Shown piece by piece: positions 30,748 through 40,136 of a stretch of DNA of 64,000 bases. Origin of the DNA: an uncultured Rhodothermales bacterium (GTDB taxonomy: Bacteria; Bacteroidota; Rhodothermia; Rhodothermales; VXPQ01); assembly GCA_964608315.1 (NCBI GenBank), contig CAZSNF010000012.1:31718-95717 (forward strand), in the 5' to 3' direction. The notes beneath the pieces were generated by a model. The model ran no database searches and had not been told where the DNA came from. It saw nothing but the letters and a program-made list of their open reading frames with translations. Each line of letters begins with the position of its first letter. The first letter of the stretch is position 1. The position numbers and the translations under genes were made by a program.

Positions 30748-31023
30748 CTATCCACACATTTGGCGGTTATTCCCTTGTTCTACTATTTACTTTAATTTTT
30801 TTAAATAAATATGTCGTAGTAGTAGGGGCTGTGGATATGTGGACAAAAGGTTTATGTACAAGTTATCCTCATATTGTTGAAAACTTTTTCCCACAGATTT
30901 TTGCGCGTTCTTTCGGGAAGACGTGTGGACAGATACTTCCGATGCAGACAGGTTATTCACGTTGTCTCTCCATTCATTCACGCGTCGTCGGGTGTGCGCA
31001 TCGACAGAGTAAGTTGTGGATAT
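30748..31023. promoter_or_regulatory. DnaA-box cluster B with an AT-rich tract (oriC-like, or a DnaA-titrating locus)
   Basis: Boxes compared with TTATCCACA/TGTGGATAA. One mismatch: CTATCCACA 30748-56, TGTGGATAT 30830-38, TGTGGACAA 30838-46, TTATCCTCA 30863-71, TGTGGATAT 31015-23. Two mismatches: TTTCCCACA 30887-95, TGTGGACAG 30924-32, TTATTCACG 30953-61. An AT-rich tract lies at about 30775-30826 (CTACTATTTACTTTAATTTTTTTAAATAAATATG). Confidence 0.5.
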
Positions 31024-31113
31024 GAGCGCACTTATGCACTTGGTCCGTCGCCGTCCTGCGAGATGGGGATAAAAAGGGGAGTAACCCCCGATTTTTCCAC
31101 GCGTGGCGCGCAG

Positions 31114-32400
31114 TTACGGTTTGCCGAGTCGCTTGAACATTTCTTTCTTGTATGCCTCGACGCCGGGCTGGTTGAAAGGGTTTACGCCAAGCAGGTACCC
31201 GGAGACGGCGACCGCGTGTTCGAAAAAGTAGATGGCCTCGCCAAGACATTTTGGAGAGATTTTTTCCAACCATAACGTAAGGTTGGGTACGCCGCCGTCT
31301 GCGTGCGCCTTCGTCGTGCCCTCCCAGGCGGCTCGGTTGATGGTTGGCAAGGACCGTCCGGCCAGGTAGCCAAGGCCGTCCAGGTCCCCCGAACCGAAGA
31401 CAGGTTCTTCCGGGACGGACAGCGCATGGCCTGCTCTCTCGACCATCAGGAATGTTTCCATCAGGGATCGTTGGCCCTCCTGAACGTACTGCCCGATGGA
31501 ATGTAAATCCGTAGAGTATTGCGCGACGAACGGAAACAGACCCGTCCCGTTTTTGCCTTCGCTTTCCCCAAAGAGTTGTTGCCACCAGCGCCCGAAGCCG
31601 TATAATGCGGGCTCGAATACGGAAAACAGGTCGATGGACAAGCCTTGGCGCAGCAGGACGGACCGAATGGCTGCGTACGACAAGGCAGGGTTGTCGTTTG
31701 GGGACGCCAACTGGACCAGGGCGGAGGCGGCTCCCTGGAAAAGTTCGCGGATGTCGACGCCTGCCGCGGCGATGGGCAGCAAACCAACGGGAGTCAGTAC
31801 GGAAAAACGCCCCCCCACATTTTCCGGGATGACATATTTTTTATACCCGCGGGTTGCGCGCAAGGTATTGAGCGCGCCCTTTTTCGGGTCGGTCGTGACA
31901 ATAATGCGCTCGTTTGCGTCGTCGAAATTTTTTTCGAGATATTGTCGAATGCAGCGAAACGCAATGGCGGGCTCCAGCGTGCGCCCGCTTTTGGAGATGA
32001 CATTGACGAAAACGGATTTGCCCTGCGCATATTCGAGGAGATCGTGCAGATAAGCGCTGCTCATGTGATGCCCCGCGAAAAAGATTTCGGGCGTCTCCGC
32101 ACGGCCCCGAAAGGTTGGAGACAGCGCTTGTATCACGGCTTCTGCGCCGAGATACGACCCCCCGATGCCTATGCAAATCAGCATATCGGCTTCGTTTCGG
32201 ATGTGTCGGGCGGTTTCTGCAATGTCGTCCAGCAATGCGTAATCCGGGTGTGTCAAAAGGTCTCGCCACCCCGTGGCGTCGCCGCCGGGCCCGGATTTTT
32301 CGATGAGGCAGCGGTGCGCCTCAGAGGCAGCAATCAACTGCCTGTCCAGCGCGTCGGGATCGACAAAGGGGGAAATGTGTTCGTAATTGAGGCGAAGCAT
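31114..32400 (-). CDS. pgi: glucose-6-phosphate isomerase
   Basis: ORF 31114..32430; the likely ATG is at 32400 (MLRLNYEHISPF...). The segments IGIGGSYLG and GRFSVLTPVGLLP are typical of PGI. Confidence 0.9.
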   Translation of the reverse strand: MLRLNYEHISPFVDPDALDRQLIAASEAHRCLIEKSGPGGDATGWRDLLTHPDYALLDDIAETARHIRNEADMLICIGIGGSYLGAEAVIQALSPTFRGRAETPEIFFAGHHMSSAYLHDLLEYAQGKSVFVNVISKSGRTLEPAIAFRCIRQYLEKNFDDANERIIVTTDPKKGALNTLRATRGYKKYVIPENVGGRFSVLTPVGLLPIAAAGVDIRELFQGAASALVQLASPNDNPALSYAAIRSVLLRQGLSIDLFSVFEPALYGFGRWWQQLFGESEGKNGTGLFPFVAQYSTDLHSIGQYVQEGQRSLMETFLMVERAGHALSVPEEPVFGSGDLDGLGYLAGRSLPTINRAAWEGTTKAHADGGVPNLTLWLEKISPKCLGEAIYFFEHAVAVSGYLLGVNPFNQPGVEAYKKEMFKRLGKP

Positions 32401-32410
32401 AAAGGCGTCT

Positions 32411-33115
32411 ATGCCAAAAGAGAAAAACATGCACGAAGTTGTTCAGGGAGATGTCACAAGCCGTCTGGCGTTTTGCTGCGCCGATGCGCGGCGGACGAGA
32501 AGCGCGGCCCGCGAGGGTCTCCATCCGCGGAAAGATACTCTTCCGACCTTCGAGCGTTTCGAAGACGCGCAAACGGCCTGTTCAGAGCGGCTTATCGTTA
32601 TCGACGCGTATGCAAGCGGCGAGGCGGGCCAGGACTGGCGATCCTATGCGCCGCCGGAGGCGCTTTGCAATGTGGCGCCGTATCGTCCGCCCGTTTTGAT
32701 TGTGGCTGCAGGCGGGATCGTTACGCGACGTCGCGGGGCGGATATGGAAGTGTTGCTGATTTTTCGGCGAGGCATGTGGGATTTACCCAAGGGAAAGGGC
32801 AAAAAAAAAGAAAGTGTGAGGCAGTGCGCGCTCCGGGAGGTGCAGGAGGAGCTGGGGGTCAGGGAGGTGAGCCTCGGACCTCCGCTTGGCGCCACCGTGT
32901 ATGGCTACGATGTGCATATCCGCCAGGGAACGTATGTGCATGCGGTTAAAACCACGCACTGGTTTCATATGACCACGACGGCCGAGCGCTTTGTCCCGCA
33001 GGCTGAAGAAGGGATCACCGATGTGGCGTGGTTCGCATGGGACGAGGCGGTGCGGCGGACCGGTTTCGAAGTGTTTCGGCGCCACATGATCCGTATCAGG
33101 CGCCTGATAGAATAA
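32411..33115 (+). CDS. NUDIX hydrolase with an N-terminal extension
   Basis: Nudix box GKGKKKESVRQCALREVQEELGV. The start is uncertain, with ATGs at 32411 and 32429. Confidence 0.75.
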   Translation: MPKEKNMHEVVQGDVTSRLAFCCADARRTRSAAREGLHPRKDTLPTFERFEDAQTACSERLIVIDAYASGEAGQDWRSYAPPEALCNVAPYRPPVLIVAAGGIVTRRRGADMEVLLIFRRGMWDLPKGKGKKKESVRQCALREVQEELGVREVSLGPPLGATVYGYDVHIRQGTYVHAVKTTHWFHMTTTAERFVPQAEEGITDVAWFAWDEAVRRTGFEVFRRHMIRIRRLIE

Positions 33116-33146
33116 CGCAGTGCGTCCGCGCCGCGCCGCCGGTACG

Positions 33147-34925
33147 CTATGCCGCGGGCTGGCTGCGCCGAATGTCCTTGACGTAGAGTTGGGTTTCCGT
33201 ACGCCCGTTCCAGGTGTTTTCCTGCACGGAAAAAAGCATGTCGAAGGGTTGCTGCTCGCTTCTGCATTGCTCCAGCATGTCGTATTGCGAGCCCATCCCG
33301 AACCCAATGGCGTTCATGGGGGCGGCTTTGGTCGGATGGCCTTCTTGCGGTTGTTGCAGTACGCTGAATTTGAGGTGCCGGTCATCTTTGCCGACCTTGC
33401 GCGGCGGCCAGGCAGGCAGCAGGCCATTGGCCTGAAACACCGGGCGGTCGTTCCGGGGACCAAAGGGTTCGAACTGTTTGAGCACCGCCAGAAACCGGCG
33501 GTTTATTTCATGCAGGCGCAGGGGCGCATCCACACGGATGGCGGGGCGGAGCGTTTCGGCCGTTATCATTTTGCCTACGGCCTGATCGAACTGCTCTTGC
33601 AATGCCGGAAGTCTGGAGATTTCGAGCGACAGGCCCGCCGCAAAAGCATGTCCTCCGAAGCGCGCCAGCAGGTCTTTGCATTCCAGTAGCGCATCGAAAA
33701 TGTTCACGCCCTCGATAGAACGAGCGGACCCGGTGGCCACGCCGTCTATGGTACCGAGGAGAATGGTCGGACGATGGAACCGCTCGACCAGGCGAGACGC
33801 CACAATGCCGATCACGCCCGGGAACCAGTCGCGGTCGTGCAACACCAGCGTATGCTTCATCTTGCCCGAGGTGATCTGGCGCTCGGCGCCTTTTATCGCC
33901 GACTCAAGGGTTTCCTGGTCCAGTTCCCGCCGCTGGGCGTTGAGTTCGTTGAGTTCTTCCGCGTAGCCCTGCGCTACGTTCGGGTCTTCGGCCAGCAGCA
34001 GATCGATGGCGGTTTTGGCGGATTTCACGCGCCCGGCGGCATTGATGCGCGGGGCCATTTTGAACACAATATCGGCGGCGGCGCAGGCGGGGAGGGACAC
34101 GTTCGCCACTGAAGCCAGCGCCCGCAAGCCCAGCGAGGGGTTTGTGCGAAGCCGCTCCAGGCCAACGGCGAGCAACACCCGGTTTTCGCCTTCCACGGGG
34201 ACCATGTCGCTGGCCGTTGCGACGGCGACAAGGTCCAGCAAGTCCATGGCCGTCTTCGGATTTTGGCCCAATTTCGCCAGCACGGCCTGTATCAGCTTGA
34301 AGCCCACGCTGCATCCGGCGAGTTCCTTGCAGGGATATTTACAATCGGGTCGCTTGGGGTCCAGCACCGCCACGGCTTCGGGCAATTCGTCTTTCGGCGT
34401 GTGGTGGTCGCATACGACCAGGTCCATTCCTTTTTCGCGGGCGTACAGGGCTTCTGCCGCGGCGGTGACGCCGCAATCCACGGCGATAATGAGTCGCGCG
34501 CCAAGGCTGGCCGCCTCGTCAAGGCCCGCGCGGCTTAGTCCGTATCCGTGCTCGAACCGGTTCGGGACGAAGAAATCTGCGTCTCCGCCCAGCGAGCGCA
34601 GAGAAGAAACCAGCAAGGCGGTGGCCGTCGTGCCGTCTACGTCGTAGTCGCCGTACACGACAATGCGTTCTTTTTCCCGGATCGCCCGCGCCACGCGGTC
34701 TGCGGCGGCGGGCATATCCGCCATTAGAAACGGATCGTGCAGGGCGCTGGCGACCGGGCGAAAGAAGGCGCGCGCGCGGTCGAAGGTGTCAATTCCCCGG
34801 AGGATGAGCGCCCGGGAAAGCGCTCCGGGGAGGTTGTTCAATTGCTGTCCGATATCCCGGACGGCTTCCTCGGAAGGAACGGGGCGAAGAATCCAGCGAT
34901 GCGTCATAAGGGACCGGCTTGCCAA
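33147..34925 (-). CDS. recJ: single-stranded-DNA-specific exonuclease RecJ
   Basis: 592-aa ORF with DHH motifs (VVYGDYDVDGTTA, VDCG, VCDHH) and a DHHA1 region (GGHAFAAG). Confidence 0.93.
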   Translation of the reverse strand: MASRSLMTHRWILRPVPSEEAVRDIGQQLNNLPGALSRALILRGIDTFDRARAFFRPVASALHDPFLMADMPAAADRVARAIREKERIVVYGDYDVDGTTATALLVSSLRSLGGDADFFVPNRFEHGYGLSRAGLDEAASLGARLIIAVDCGVTAAAEALYAREKGMDLVVCDHHTPKDELPEAVAVLDPKRPDCKYPCKELAGCSVGFKLIQAVLAKLGQNPKTAMDLLDLVAVATASDMVPVEGENRVLLAVGLERLRTNPSLGLRALASVANVSLPACAAADIVFKMAPRINAAGRVKSAKTAIDLLLAEDPNVAQGYAEELNELNAQRRELDQETLESAIKGAERQITSGKMKHTLVLHDRDWFPGVIGIVASRLVERFHRPTILLGTIDGVATGSARSIEGVNIFDALLECKDLLARFGGHAFAAGLSLEISRLPALQEQFDQAVGKMITAETLRPAIRVDAPLRLHEINRRFLAVLKQFEPFGPRNDRPVFQANGLLPAWPPRKVGKDDRHLKFSVLQQPQEGHPTKAAPMNAIGFGMGSQYDMLEQCRSEQQPFDMLFSVQENTWNGRTETQLYVKDIRRSQPAA

Positions 34926-35117
34926 GCGCGCCCGTCGAAAAGACGGGTTATTGCTTTAGTCAGAGTATCTCTGGAAGGTAGCCATCTTGCGCTCGCTACG
35001 CAAGGCCCCCGTCGGGTCGTCACAGCATTGTTACATTTGGGGATCTTGCCGAGCGTTTTTTCCTGATGCGGACACGGGAACAGATCGGCGGGCTAAATAA
35101 TTAAGGACGCAAAATGT

Positions 35118-35140
35118 TGCGCCTAAATAATTTAGGCGCA
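35118..35140 (-). terminator. perfect 23-bp palindrome downstream of the T9SS-substrate gene (terminator candidate)
   Basis: TGCGCCTAAAT-A-ATTTAGGCGCA has 11-bp arms. It lies 124 nt past the stop at 35264. On the minus-strand RNA it is followed by ACAUUUUG. Confidence 0.4.
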
Positions 35141-35263
35141 CTTGGTTTTGTTTTGTTTGCAGGCTTGCGAAAAGTGCCGCTGCGGGCAACCGGCGCGGCG
35201 GGGATACGCAGAGCCACCTGCCGTGTCGCCAGAATGTGCGCCGGATTGCCGCAGCGGAGGGGA

Positions 35264-36931
35264 TTATTTGAGCAGGGACATCGTTTTCACGGCGACATGC
35301 TGCTCGGTTCGCAGGACGTACAGGTACGCGCCGCTGGCGAGGTCCGCCCCGTCGAGCGAAACACTGTACCGACCCGCGGGCTGTACGCCGTCTACCAGCG
35401 TACGGACCTGGCGGCCAAGCATGTCGTAGACCGCGAGCGAGATGTTCTGCGCCGTTGCCAGCGAGAATTCGATCGTCGTGGACGGATTGAACGGGTTCGG
35501 ATAGTTCTGATCCAGCACGAACGCGTCGGGAATTTCTTCGCCGAGAGGTTCAACCGATGTGGGACCGCCCACGCTGGTCAGGATGCCCGCATCGGAGATA
35601 AAGGACCAGCCTGCAGCCCAGTTCACACTGCCGAAGGCCCCGACATAGTTCGTGGGAAGGAACCAGTCGTCAAGGTCGTCGTGGTTTGATCCTGTGAGCG
35701 CGGGGCTGCCCTCCGCCGGGCGGGGATCCAGGCCGCCGTCGTTCGTGCGGCTGACGCCGCGCAGCATCGGATCGACGATGCGGTTGCCTTGCGCCGCATC
35801 CTTCAGGTATGCAAGCTCCCAGTCGCTTCCGGCGATATCGTCCTTCCCGAACGTTCCGAAGATGTTGTAGGCCAGCACCAGATCGCCTGCTTCGAGCCGC
35901 GCGCGGCTGTCTTCACCCGAATCAAGGTCCTCAATATCCACGGCGCCGCCGTGGAAGTCGTGGAAGATCGAGTTGTAGTACTTGCCGCCCGCATTGTCCC
36001 GGATTTCAAGCGCGTCGTCGTTCTCGTCGTTTGTCGAGTTGGCGCCCGATCCGATATACGTGGCGTTGGAGATGACGGGTATGGCGTAGGGCTGCCCGTC
36101 TTCGGGATCCGTTCCGCCGTCATGCTCGCCGGCGCGGTCGCCGATGTCTGCGGCCTGAACGACGAACCAGAACTGTCCCTTGCCGCGGAAGCCTTCGTCG
36201 TAGTCCATGGCGTCGTCTCCGTTGAAGGCGGAGATGAGGTAGCGCGTGTTGGCCGTGCCGCCGAACCACTCGAATCCGTCGTCCTTGTTGTTGAAGACCT
36301 CAACATACTCGATGGTGGTGCCGGAGCCGACGCCGCCCATGGTGAGTCCGTTGATTTCGTTTCCTGCGCCGATGTCCGATCCGCCGTAACGGATGGAGAC
36401 ATAGCGGAAGACGCCGGAGTCGTCCTCGTCGTCGCATTCGACGCCGGAGCCGGAGCCTCCCGGATCGCAGCCGTAGAGGCCGCGTCCCTCGGTGACGGGT
36501 ACGCCCTCGATGGCCGTTTCTCCCGGCGTAGAGTTCAGGCTGGCTTTGCCGAGAATGATGACGCCTCCCCATAGTCCGCGCGCATCGAGCGGCAGGTCGT
36601 CGGGATCGTTCACGTCATCGGCTTCGGCGGTGAAGATGATGGGGTGGTTGGCGGTGCCGTTGGCATGGATTTTTCCGCCTCGGGTCACGATGAGGGCGGA
36701 AGCGTTTGCCCCCGGGTTGGGTTTGCCCTTGACGATGGTGCCCGCCTCAATGGTAAGGGAGGCTTCGTTTTCGACGAAGACATGGCCGTCAAGGACATAG
36801 GTGTTGTCCGATGTCCAGGTGACGTCGCCTGTGATCGAACCCGTCACATCGACAAGTTCCTGGGCGGTTGCGGCCTGTGGGGCGGTGATGAGCAGCGCGA
36901 GGGCCGCAAGGGTAAGTAGCTTACGATACAT
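35264..36931 (-). CDS. secreted protein with a T9SS C-terminal sorting domain (function unknown)
   Basis: Signal peptide MYRKLLTLAALALLITAPQAATAQ. The C-terminal block NYPNPFNPSTTIEF...LYVLRTEQHVAVKTMSLLK is typical of Por/T9SS CTDs. Confidence 0.8.
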   Translation of the reverse strand: MYRKLLTLAALALLITAPQAATAQELVDVTGSITGDVTWTSDNTYVLDGHVFVENEASLTIEAGTIVKGKPNPGANASALIVTRGGKIHANGTANHPIIFTAEADDVNDPDDLPLDARGLWGGVIILGKASLNSTPGETAIEGVPVTEGRGLYGCDPGGSGSGVECDDEDDSGVFRYVSIRYGGSDIGAGNEINGLTMGGVGSGTTIEYVEVFNNKDDGFEWFGGTANTRYLISAFNGDDAMDYDEGFRGKGQFWFVVQAADIGDRAGEHDGGTDPEDGQPYAIPVISNATYIGSGANSTNDENDDALEIRDNAGGKYYNSIFHDFHGGAVDIEDLDSGEDSRARLEAGDLVLAYNIFGTFGKDDIAGSDWELAYLKDAAQGNRIVDPMLRGVSRTNDGGLDPRPAEGSPALTGSNHDDLDDWFLPTNYVGAFGSVNWAAGWSFISDAGILTSVGGPTSVEPLGEEIPDAFVLDQNYPNPFNPSTTIEFSLATAQNISLAVYDMLGRQVRTLVDGVQPAGRYSVSLDGADLASGAYLYVLRTEQHVAVKTMSLLK

Positions 36932-36999
36932 GGATGAAGGTGAGTTCGGTTTAAAGGATGGAGGTTGTTAACGGTTTCGTAACATGGGCCCGAAACAGT

Positions 37000-37025
37000 G
37001 CGGGGCGACTCAAAGGCCGCCCCGC
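37000..37025 (-). terminator. GC-rich hairpin after the TonB-dependent receptor gene (terminator candidate)
   Basis: GCGGGGCG-(10-nt loop)-CGCCCCGC lies 30 nt downstream of the stop at 37056. The trailing U-tract on the minus-strand RNA is weak (CUGUUUCG). Confidence 0.4.
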
Positions 37026-37055
37026 GCAGAGATTTCGGTATGTAGTTGTATCAGG

Positions 37056-39947
37056 TCAATCGAGTGCGTAGCTCAGGCCGAGCGAAAAGGATCGCCCGAA
37101 GGTATAGGATTCGGCAATGAAATCGGCGCCATTGAACGCATGGGAGAACACCGTCTTCTGGTCCAGAAGATTTTTCACGGAGCCTTTGAGCCCGAAATTG
37201 AACCAGAGGTCTTGCTTGACCGTCAGGTCGACGATATGCCTCGGCTGTTCGAAGATGTTCGGCGTGCCTCCCGAGGCCACGCGGTCCAGCCGGGGGCCGA
37301 ACACATTGTAGTATGCGCTGACCGTAGCGCCGATCTCCGGGTTGTCGTAGGTCAGGTCCACATTGATCATATACGGGGACTGGCCTTGCAGGGGGCGCGT
37401 GTCCGACGCGTTCGGTCGCAGGGCCCGGATAAGCTCCAGTTCGTTCGGCTCAATGGCCACCTGGGAGCGCACAAGCGAGACATTGGCCCCTGCCTGTACG
37501 AACCGCAGGAAGCCGGCCAACTGGTCCAGGTTTTTCCGGGCCTCGATTTCCACGCCGTACACCGTGGCGTGATCGGTATTCTGGAATTGTATGTTCGGCG
37601 TGGACGCCGCCGCGCGCGGATTAATAGCTCGTTCGATCGGATTCCGGAAATATTTGTAGAAAGCGCTTGCGGCCAGAATCTCGCCCGGTCGCGCAAACCA
37701 TTCCCAGCGCACGTCGTAGTTGTCGATGAGCGTACGTTCGATTTCCGGGTTGCCCAGATAGATGTAATCGCCGATGAAGCTGAACGAGGCGTAGGGCGCA
37801 AATTCGCGGAAGTTCGGGCGCGCCAGCGTCCGGCCTTGCGCCAACCGTACGTTCATGTTTTCCCGAACCTCGTACACCAGGTTCATGGAGGGCAAGATGT
37901 CCCGCGTGTCTATCACGCCCTGGGCCAGCGCACTGTCGGCGCTGGTCACCACCATGTCCGTGGTTTCCGCGCGCAAGCCCCCGATGGCGCGCAGGTTGCG
38001 GGTCAGCGGCACGTCCAGCATTACGTAACCCGCAATGATGTCCTGGTCTCCGTCGTAGTTGCCCGCCGCCGCCGAGGCGTCGAAGATATAGTTGCCGAAC
38101 CGGAAAAATCGTTCCGTGCTGGCGTCTTCCAGAATGCCAAGGTTCTCGGGTCCGAAGAAAGCGGACGGGTCTCCGTCGTAACGCAGTTTATCCTGCTGGA
38201 ATTCGAAACGCCGTTCGCGGAAATCGCGGGTCTTGCGTTCGAAACTCCCGCCCGCCTTCACTTGCGCGGGCAATCCGTTCCACTGCCTGAACGGTGCGGA
38301 CGCATCCAGCGCGCCGCTCTGCAGCGCTTCTTCCATGGTGCGAAAGTAGCGCGTTGGTACGGGGTACAGCGCCGGGCTGACAGAATAGGATGTTCTTGTT
38401 TCGCCGTCTCGTTCGGAGGTCGTGTAATGGTTCGTGAAGAACCGCAAGTCCGGCTCGTCCTGCACCGTGTTCGCCAGCGATCCTGTCCATTCGATTTTCA
38501 GTCCGTTGTCGCCGAAGAGCACATGCTCCCCGCGGGCCTGATAACTGTCCAGCTCCCGCGATACGTACTGAAGCGTACGGGTTTCGTACGTGGATCCTTC
38601 GTCGAAATCGCGCGGGAACGCGCCGAACTGGTAGCGCGCCGTGGATTCGCCGCTCCGGTTGTTCATGTAGTTGAAGCCCAGTTCGTGCTTCGGGTGCGGC
38701 TTGTAACTGGCGTTGATCAGCGTTCCCCATAGCACCTCGTCCGTACCGCGCTGGTCCGTAAACAGAAAATCATTGTTGAGTTCCCGGGCGGAAGAACTCG
38801 TAAGTGTGTACCGTCCGACGGAGCCGTCCCCATATTCCCGGACGTTCCGGCTGTAACTGATGCTGGCAATGACGCCGAGAGGCCTGCCGAATACCGGCAA
38901 CTGGTTTCCGAGTGAGAAACTGTAGCTTTGGTTCACCGGGGCGGAAAGGCGGGTGGGGGCCATGACGCCATTGAATGCCCTCGAAAGCCGATCCAGTTCC
39001 TGCGCCGCTTCCTGACTCGTGAACGCATTGCCAATATTCGGAATGTCCAGATTCGGGTTGTTGAAAACCTCCGGCAAGGTGTGCGTCCCTCCGTTGTTGC
39101 CCAGCCACCCGGCGGAGCCCCCTTCATAGGAGAGAAAATCGCTGCCCGGTCCGATGTTGCCCTTGTAACTGATCGAGGTAGAGAACGAAACGGTAAAGTC
39201 GTCCGGGAAGGCCTTCGTCCCGATGTTCACCGATCCGCCGGAGAAACTGCCCGGCTTGTCCGGGGTGAAGGTCTTCGATGTGACGATGTTGTCGAGCAGA
39301 TTGGCCGGAAAAAGGTCCAGCGGTACGGAGTTCCGGTCCGGATCCGCACTCGGCAACGTGGCGCCGTTGAGCTGCGTATTCATGTACCGGTCGCCGAGGC
39401 CCCGCACGTACACATACTTTCCGCCTACGACGGAGACTCCCGTTACCTTCTCCATGGCGTCTGCGGCGGTGGAGCTGCCCGACCGACCGATGGCCTCGGC
39501 GCTTATGGCGTCGCTTACGGCGGCGGCCTTCTGCCGCTGTTTCAGAAGGGAGGCCTCTGTGTTTTCAAGCGCGCGGGCCGCAATCACAATCTCCTCCAGA
39601 CCAATGGCTTCCGGCGCAAGCGCCAAGTCAACGATGGCGGATTCTCCGTCCGCCACGACTACATCCGTAACGGTAACGCTCGTGTAGCCGATGTAGGAGA
39701 AAACAACGTTGTACGTTCCCGGCTCCACCGGTGTGATTGCGTAGTTTCCGTCCAGGTCGGTGATCGAGCCGACAAGCGTGCCTTCGATCAGGACATTGGC
39801 GCCTATGAGGGTTTCTCCGGTTTCGGAATCCACCACGGTACCGATAATGGACCCTGGTTGCGCGGATTGCGCCGCGGCCGTTGAGGCAAGCAGCAAGGAG
39901 GCTCCGAGACAAGCGGCCAGTACAAGGCGCCTGTGTAATCGTAACAT
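37056..39947 (-). CDS. TonB-dependent receptor with a CarboxypepD_reg-like N-terminal domain
   Basis: ORF 37056..40040, trimmed to the ATG at 39947 (MLRLHRRLVLAACLGASLLLASTAAAQ). It has GSIIGTVVDSETGETLIGANV..., a plug region and a C-terminal beta-barrel ending in LSYALD. Confidence 0.88.
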   Translation of the reverse strand: MLRLHRRLVLAACLGASLLLASTAAAQSAQPGSIIGTVVDSETGETLIGANVLIEGTLVGSITDLDGNYAITPVEPGTYNVVFSYIGYTSVTVTDVVVADGESAIVDLALAPEAIGLEEIVIAARALENTEASLLKQRQKAAAVSDAISAEAIGRSGSSTAADAMEKVTGVSVVGGKYVYVRGLGDRYMNTQLNGATLPSADPDRNSVPLDLFPANLLDNIVTSKTFTPDKPGSFSGGSVNIGTKAFPDDFTVSFSTSISYKGNIGPGSDFLSYEGGSAGWLGNNGGTHTLPEVFNNPNLDIPNIGNAFTSQEAAQELDRLSRAFNGVMAPTRLSAPVNQSYSFSLGNQLPVFGRPLGVIASISYSRNVREYGDGSVGRYTLTSSSARELNNDFLFTDQRGTDEVLWGTLINASYKPHPKHELGFNYMNNRSGESTARYQFGAFPRDFDEGSTYETRTLQYVSRELDSYQARGEHVLFGDNGLKIEWTGSLANTVQDEPDLRFFTNHYTTSERDGETRTSYSVSPALYPVPTRYFRTMEEALQSGALDASAPFRQWNGLPAQVKAGGSFERKTRDFRERRFEFQQDKLRYDGDPSAFFGPENLGILEDASTERFFRFGNYIFDASAAAGNYDGDQDIIAGYVMLDVPLTRNLRAIGGLRAETTDMVVTSADSALAQGVIDTRDILPSMNLVYEVRENMNVRLAQGRTLARPNFREFAPYASFSFIGDYIYLGNPEIERTLIDNYDVRWEWFARPGEILAASAFYKYFRNPIERAINPRAAASTPNIQFQNTDHATVYGVEIEARKNLDQLAGFLRFVQAGANVSLVRSQVAIEPNELELIRALRPNASDTRPLQGQSPYMINVDLTYDNPEIGATVSAYYNVFGPRLDRVASGGTPNIFEQPRHIVDLTVKQDLWFNFGLKGSVKNLLDQKTVFSHAFNGADFIAESYTFGRSFSLGLSYALD

Positions 39948-40136
39948 GTCGGCAAAAAAGCTGTATTTGGCAAGTGGCTCTTGTGCGAAGCGCGCCGTAA
40001 CGTATCTTACGGCGGGTGCGCTCAGTTCACGCCGAAACATACGTACGCCACATTACCAAAATGTTAAGGATGCGTCGTTGCGTGTTTTCTGCGCAAAAAA
40101 ATTGTAATTCCTCAAGGGCTTCTCGAAAAAATCACA

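Noticed and set aside
30874-31585. ORFs 30874..31275(+) and 30974..31585(-) in the comEC-pgi spacer.
   Set aside because: They overlap the DnaA-box/AT-rich region and the 3' end of pgi. Their translations are low in complexity with no family resemblance.
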